A DNA stretch of 1,688 nucleotides. It comes from Escherichia phage 21. Made by a program: the position numbers and the translations under genes. The stretch lies in sequence record M23775.1. One strand, written 5' to 3'. The notes below the pieces were generated by a model that made no database searches, was not told where the DNA came from, and was given only the letters and a program-made list of their open reading frames with translations. Position 1 is the stretch's first letter; each line of letters opens with the position of its first letter. This document shows, piece after piece, positions 1 to 1,688 of this stretch.

Positions 1-12
1 GGGCGGCGACCT
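1..12 (+). other. cos cohesive-end sequence (12-nt 5' overhang of cosN); left terminus of a linear lambdoid virion genome
   Basis: Window begins GGGCGGCGACCT, identical to the lambda left cohesive end as I recall it. The following ~30 nt (cgcggtttttcactatttatgaaaatttt) also closely match lambda's cosN-proximal sequence, with a few substitutions. Confidence 0.8.
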
Positions 13-77
13 CGCGGTTTTTCACTATTTATGAAAATTTTTCAGGGAAAATCGTGTCGGTACTTCTCGAATATAAC

Positions 78-91
78 TTTTTGTTTTTTTT
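78..91. other. T-rich tract (TTTTTGTTTTTTTT), possible intrinsic bend / IHF-assisted bend region of cosB
   Basis: Directly visible run of 13 T in 14 nt. Lambda cosB has an IHF site (I1) between R sites, but I could not find a clean WATCAANNNNTTR match here, so the function is speculative. Confidence 0.25.
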
Positions 92-111
92 AATATTGCA
101 TCCGTAAAGGT

Positions 112-160
112 CCGACATGAAAGTGTCCGAAAATGCCTTTTTCTGGCGTTTTCATGTCGG
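112..160. repeat. 11-bp perfect inverted repeat (CCGACATGAAA ... TTTCATGTCGG) with a 27-bp spacer
   Basis: Arms at 112..122 and 150..160 are exact reverse complements. GTCCGA also recurs directly at 110..115 and 124..129. Candidate pair of oppositely oriented terminase-binding (R-like) sites. Confidence 0.7.
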
Positions 161-177
161 GCCTTGTATTTGATAAT

Positions 178-205
178 GGGTTGTTTTCATGGGGTTGTTT
201 TCATG
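178..205. repeat. perfect 14-bp tandem direct repeat (GGGTTGTTTTCATG x2) ending on the nu1 start codon
   Basis: 178..191 and 192..205 are identical. The ATG of copy 2 (203..205) is the nu1 start by homology; the ATG of copy 1 (189..191) is out of frame with it. Confidence 0.9.
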
Positions 206-751
206 AAGGTTAATAAAAAGAGGCTTGCCGAAATTTTCAACGTGGACCCGCGGACGATTGAACGCTGGCAGTCTCAGGGACTCCCTTGCGCCTCCAAAGG
301 TAGTAAGGGCATTGAATCTGTATTTGATACTGCCATGGCAATTCAGTGGTATGCGCAGAGGGAAACTGATATCGAAAACGAAAAGCTCCGCAAAGAACTG
401 GACGATTTGCGTGCGGCAGCGGAGTCAGATTTACAACCCGGCACCATTGACTATGAACGCTACCGGCTCACAAAAGCGCAGGCAGATGCGCAGGAACTGA
501 AAAATGCCCGTGAAGACGGAGTAGTGCTGGAAACTGAACTGTTTACCTTCATTCTGCAACGTGTGGCACAGGAGATTTCGGGGATACTTGTGCGTGTGCC
601 GTTGACATTACAGCGTAAATATCCGGACATTTCACCATCACACCTTGATGTGGTGAAAACTGAAATCGCGAAAGCCTCCAATGTTGCAGCTAAGGCCGGT
701 GAAAACGTGGGCGGGTGGATCGATGATTTCAGACGCGCAGAAGGCAGCTAA
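203..751 (+). CDS. nu1: terminase small subunit (lambda gpNu1 homolog), 182 aa
   Basis: The translation from 203 begins [12 protein letters not shown]..., against lambda Nu1 MEVNKKQLADIF..., and similarity continues over the full length (for example [28 protein letters not shown] against lambda [28 protein letters not shown]). Length is 182 aa against lambda's 181. Stop is TAA at 749..751. The ORF track shows the frame open from a TTG at 164, and ATG 176 is in frame, but homology supports ATG 203. Confidence 0.9.
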
Positions 752-790
752 GGGTGGATCGATGATTTCAGACGCGCAGAAGGCAGCTAA
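713..790. repeat. perfect 39-bp tandem duplication spanning the nu1 stop and the A start
   Basis: 713..751 and 752..790 are identical (GGGTGGATCGATGATTTCAGACGCGCAGAAGGCAGCTAA). Each copy carries an in-frame ATG for the A reading frame (723 and 762) and a TAA in the nu1 frame. Confidence 0.9.
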
Positions 791-1688
791 TGCAGCCGGT
801 GCGATAGCTACAGGGCTTTTATCTCTCATTATTCCTGTTCCACTGACGACAGTTCAGTGGGCCAATAAACATTATTACCTTCCTAAAGAGTCGTCTTATA
901 CCCCGGGGCGATGGGAAACACTGCCGTTTCAGGTTGGCATCATGAACTGTATGGGCAACGATCTGATTCGCACGGTTAACCTGATTAAATCTGCCCGTGT
1001 TGGTTATACAAAGATGTTGCTGGGAGTGGAGGCTTATTTTATTGAGCATAAATCACGCAACAGCCTTCTTTTTCAGCCCACGGACTCAGCTGCTGAAGAT
1101 TTTATGAAATCTCATGTTGAGCCAACGATAAGGGATGTTCCTGCATTGCTGGAGCTGGCTCCATGGTTCGGAAGAAAACACCGCGATAATACGCTCACCC
1201 TGAAGCGTTTTTCCTCCGGTGTGGGGTTCTGGTGTCTGGGTGGTGCGGCAGCAAAAAACTACCGTGAAAAATCCGTGGATGTGGTCTGTTATGACGAGCT
1301 TTCCTCGTTCGAACCGGATGTTGAAAAAGAGGGTTCGCCAACCCTGCTGGGGGATAAACGTATTGAGGGCTCTGTATGGCCAAAATCCATTCGCGGCTCG
1401 ACGCCAAAAATCAAAGGCTCCTGTCAGATCGAAAAAGCCGCTAACGAGTCGGCACACTTCATGCGTTTTTATGTGCCCTGTCCGCACTGTGGGGAGGAGC
1501 AGTATCTGAAATTTGGCGATGATGCCTCGCCTTTCGGTCTTAAGTGGGAGAAGAATAAGCCAGAAAGTGTTTTCTACCTTTGCGAGCATCATGGCTGTGT
1601 GATCCATCAGTCTGAGCTTGACCAGAGTAACGGGCGGTGGATCTGTGAAAACACGGGCATGTGGACCCGTGACGGCCTGATGTTTTTC
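723..1688 (+). CDS. A: terminase large subunit (lambda gpA homolog), 5' part; ORF runs off the 3' end of the window
   Basis: Hand translation in the frame with codon starts divisible by 3 gives ...[83 protein letters not shown]..., closely matching lambda gpA (..[35 protein letters not shown]...KSARVGYSKMLLGVYAYFIEH...[12 protein letters not shown]). The frame is open from 657 to 1688, checked codon by codon to 1112 and at 1470..1598 and 1680..1688. Candidate starts are ATG 723 (first repeat copy) and ATG 762 (second copy, giving an N-terminal length closest to lambda); ATG 681 is less likely. Start is therefore uncertain by 39 nt. Confidence 0.88.
987..1010 (+). other. Walker A-like ATPase motif KSARVGYT within the A homolog
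   Basis: Codons 987..1010 encode KSARVGYT, corresponding to lambda gpA KSARVGYS, which I recall as implicated in the packaging ATPase centre. Confidence 0.6.

Larger units (their letters stand above)
46..202. promoter_or_regulatory. candidate cosB (terminase small-subunit binding region) between cosN and the nu1 start
   Basis: Position is as in lambda (between cosN and nu1). It contains an AT/T-rich tract (78..91) and repeated TTTTCATG motifs at 149..156, 184..191 and 198..205, plus an inverted copy CATGAAAA at 116..122. The sequence does not resemble lambda's R3/I1/R2/R1 as I remember them, so the individual site assignments are inference. Confidence 0.5.

Noticed and set aside
66-104. Searched for a canonical IHF consensus (WATCAANNNNTTR) and for a sigma70 promoter in the AT-rich leader
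   Set aside because: No clean IHF consensus match was found on either strand by eye, and lambdoid late genes are transcribed from a distant upstream late promoter through cos, so a promoter call here is not supported.
164-202. Extended nu1 start at TTG 164 (ORF-track start) or ATG 176
   Set aside because: Homology with lambda Nu1 begins exactly at ATG 203 (MKVNKK vs MEVNKK); the extension would be translated from the cosB repeat region and has no counterpart in lambda. Kept as a caveat under the 14-bp duplication finding rather than called.
225-500. Plus-strand ORF 225..500 (91 aa) in an alternative frame inside nu1
   Set aside because: It overlaps nu1 out of frame and the translation (basic, low complexity) has no recognisable similarity; the nu1 frame explains the region.
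460-829. Minus-strand ORFs 460..681 (73 aa) and 638..829 (63 aa)
   Set aside because: They are antisense to the well-supported nu1 and A coding sequences, have no recognisable protein similarity, and 638..829 spans the 39-bp duplication, which yields an internal repeated peptide that is simply a by-product of the repeat.
1219-1509. Plus-strand ORF 1219..1509 (96 aa) in an alternative frame inside A
   Set aside because: It is out of frame with the conserved gpA reading frame and lacks recognisable similarity; treated as a chance open frame.
819-1607. Minus-strand ORFs 819..1049, 1086..1607 and 1195..1407
   Set aside because: All lie antisense within the A homolog, whose plus-strand frame shows strong, continuous similarity to lambda gpA; these are typical spurious antisense frames.
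1-1688. CRISPR array, tRNA/rRNA, insertion sequence or defence-system genes
   Set aside because: No spaced repeat array, no tRNA-like cloverleaf candidates, no terminal inverted repeats flanking a transposase-like ORF; the whole window is accounted for by cos plus the two terminase genes.

Overview
This window is the left end of a lambda-like (lambdoid) phage genome: it starts exactly at the 12-nt cohesive-end sequence GGGCGGCGACCT and runs through the cos site into the two terminase genes. Identification is from my memory of phage lambda's sequence, not a database search. Supported features are cosN (right half), a divergent candidate cosB region with a repeated TTTTCATG motif, the terminase small subunit gene (nu1 homolog, 203..751, +) and the 5' part of the terminase large subunit gene (A homolog, 723 or 762 to 1688, +, running off the window). 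The provided ORF track does not list the A ORF because it has no stop inside the window; I reconstructed it by hand translation. Two perfect tandem duplications sit on the translation-initiation regions of the two terminase genes: 14 bp x2 at the nu1 start (178..205) and 39 bp x2 at the nu1 stop / A start (713..790). I see no evidence of a novel defence or accessory system; the unusual content is these duplications and the non-lambda cosB. All minus-strand ORFs are antisense to nu1/A and are rejected.
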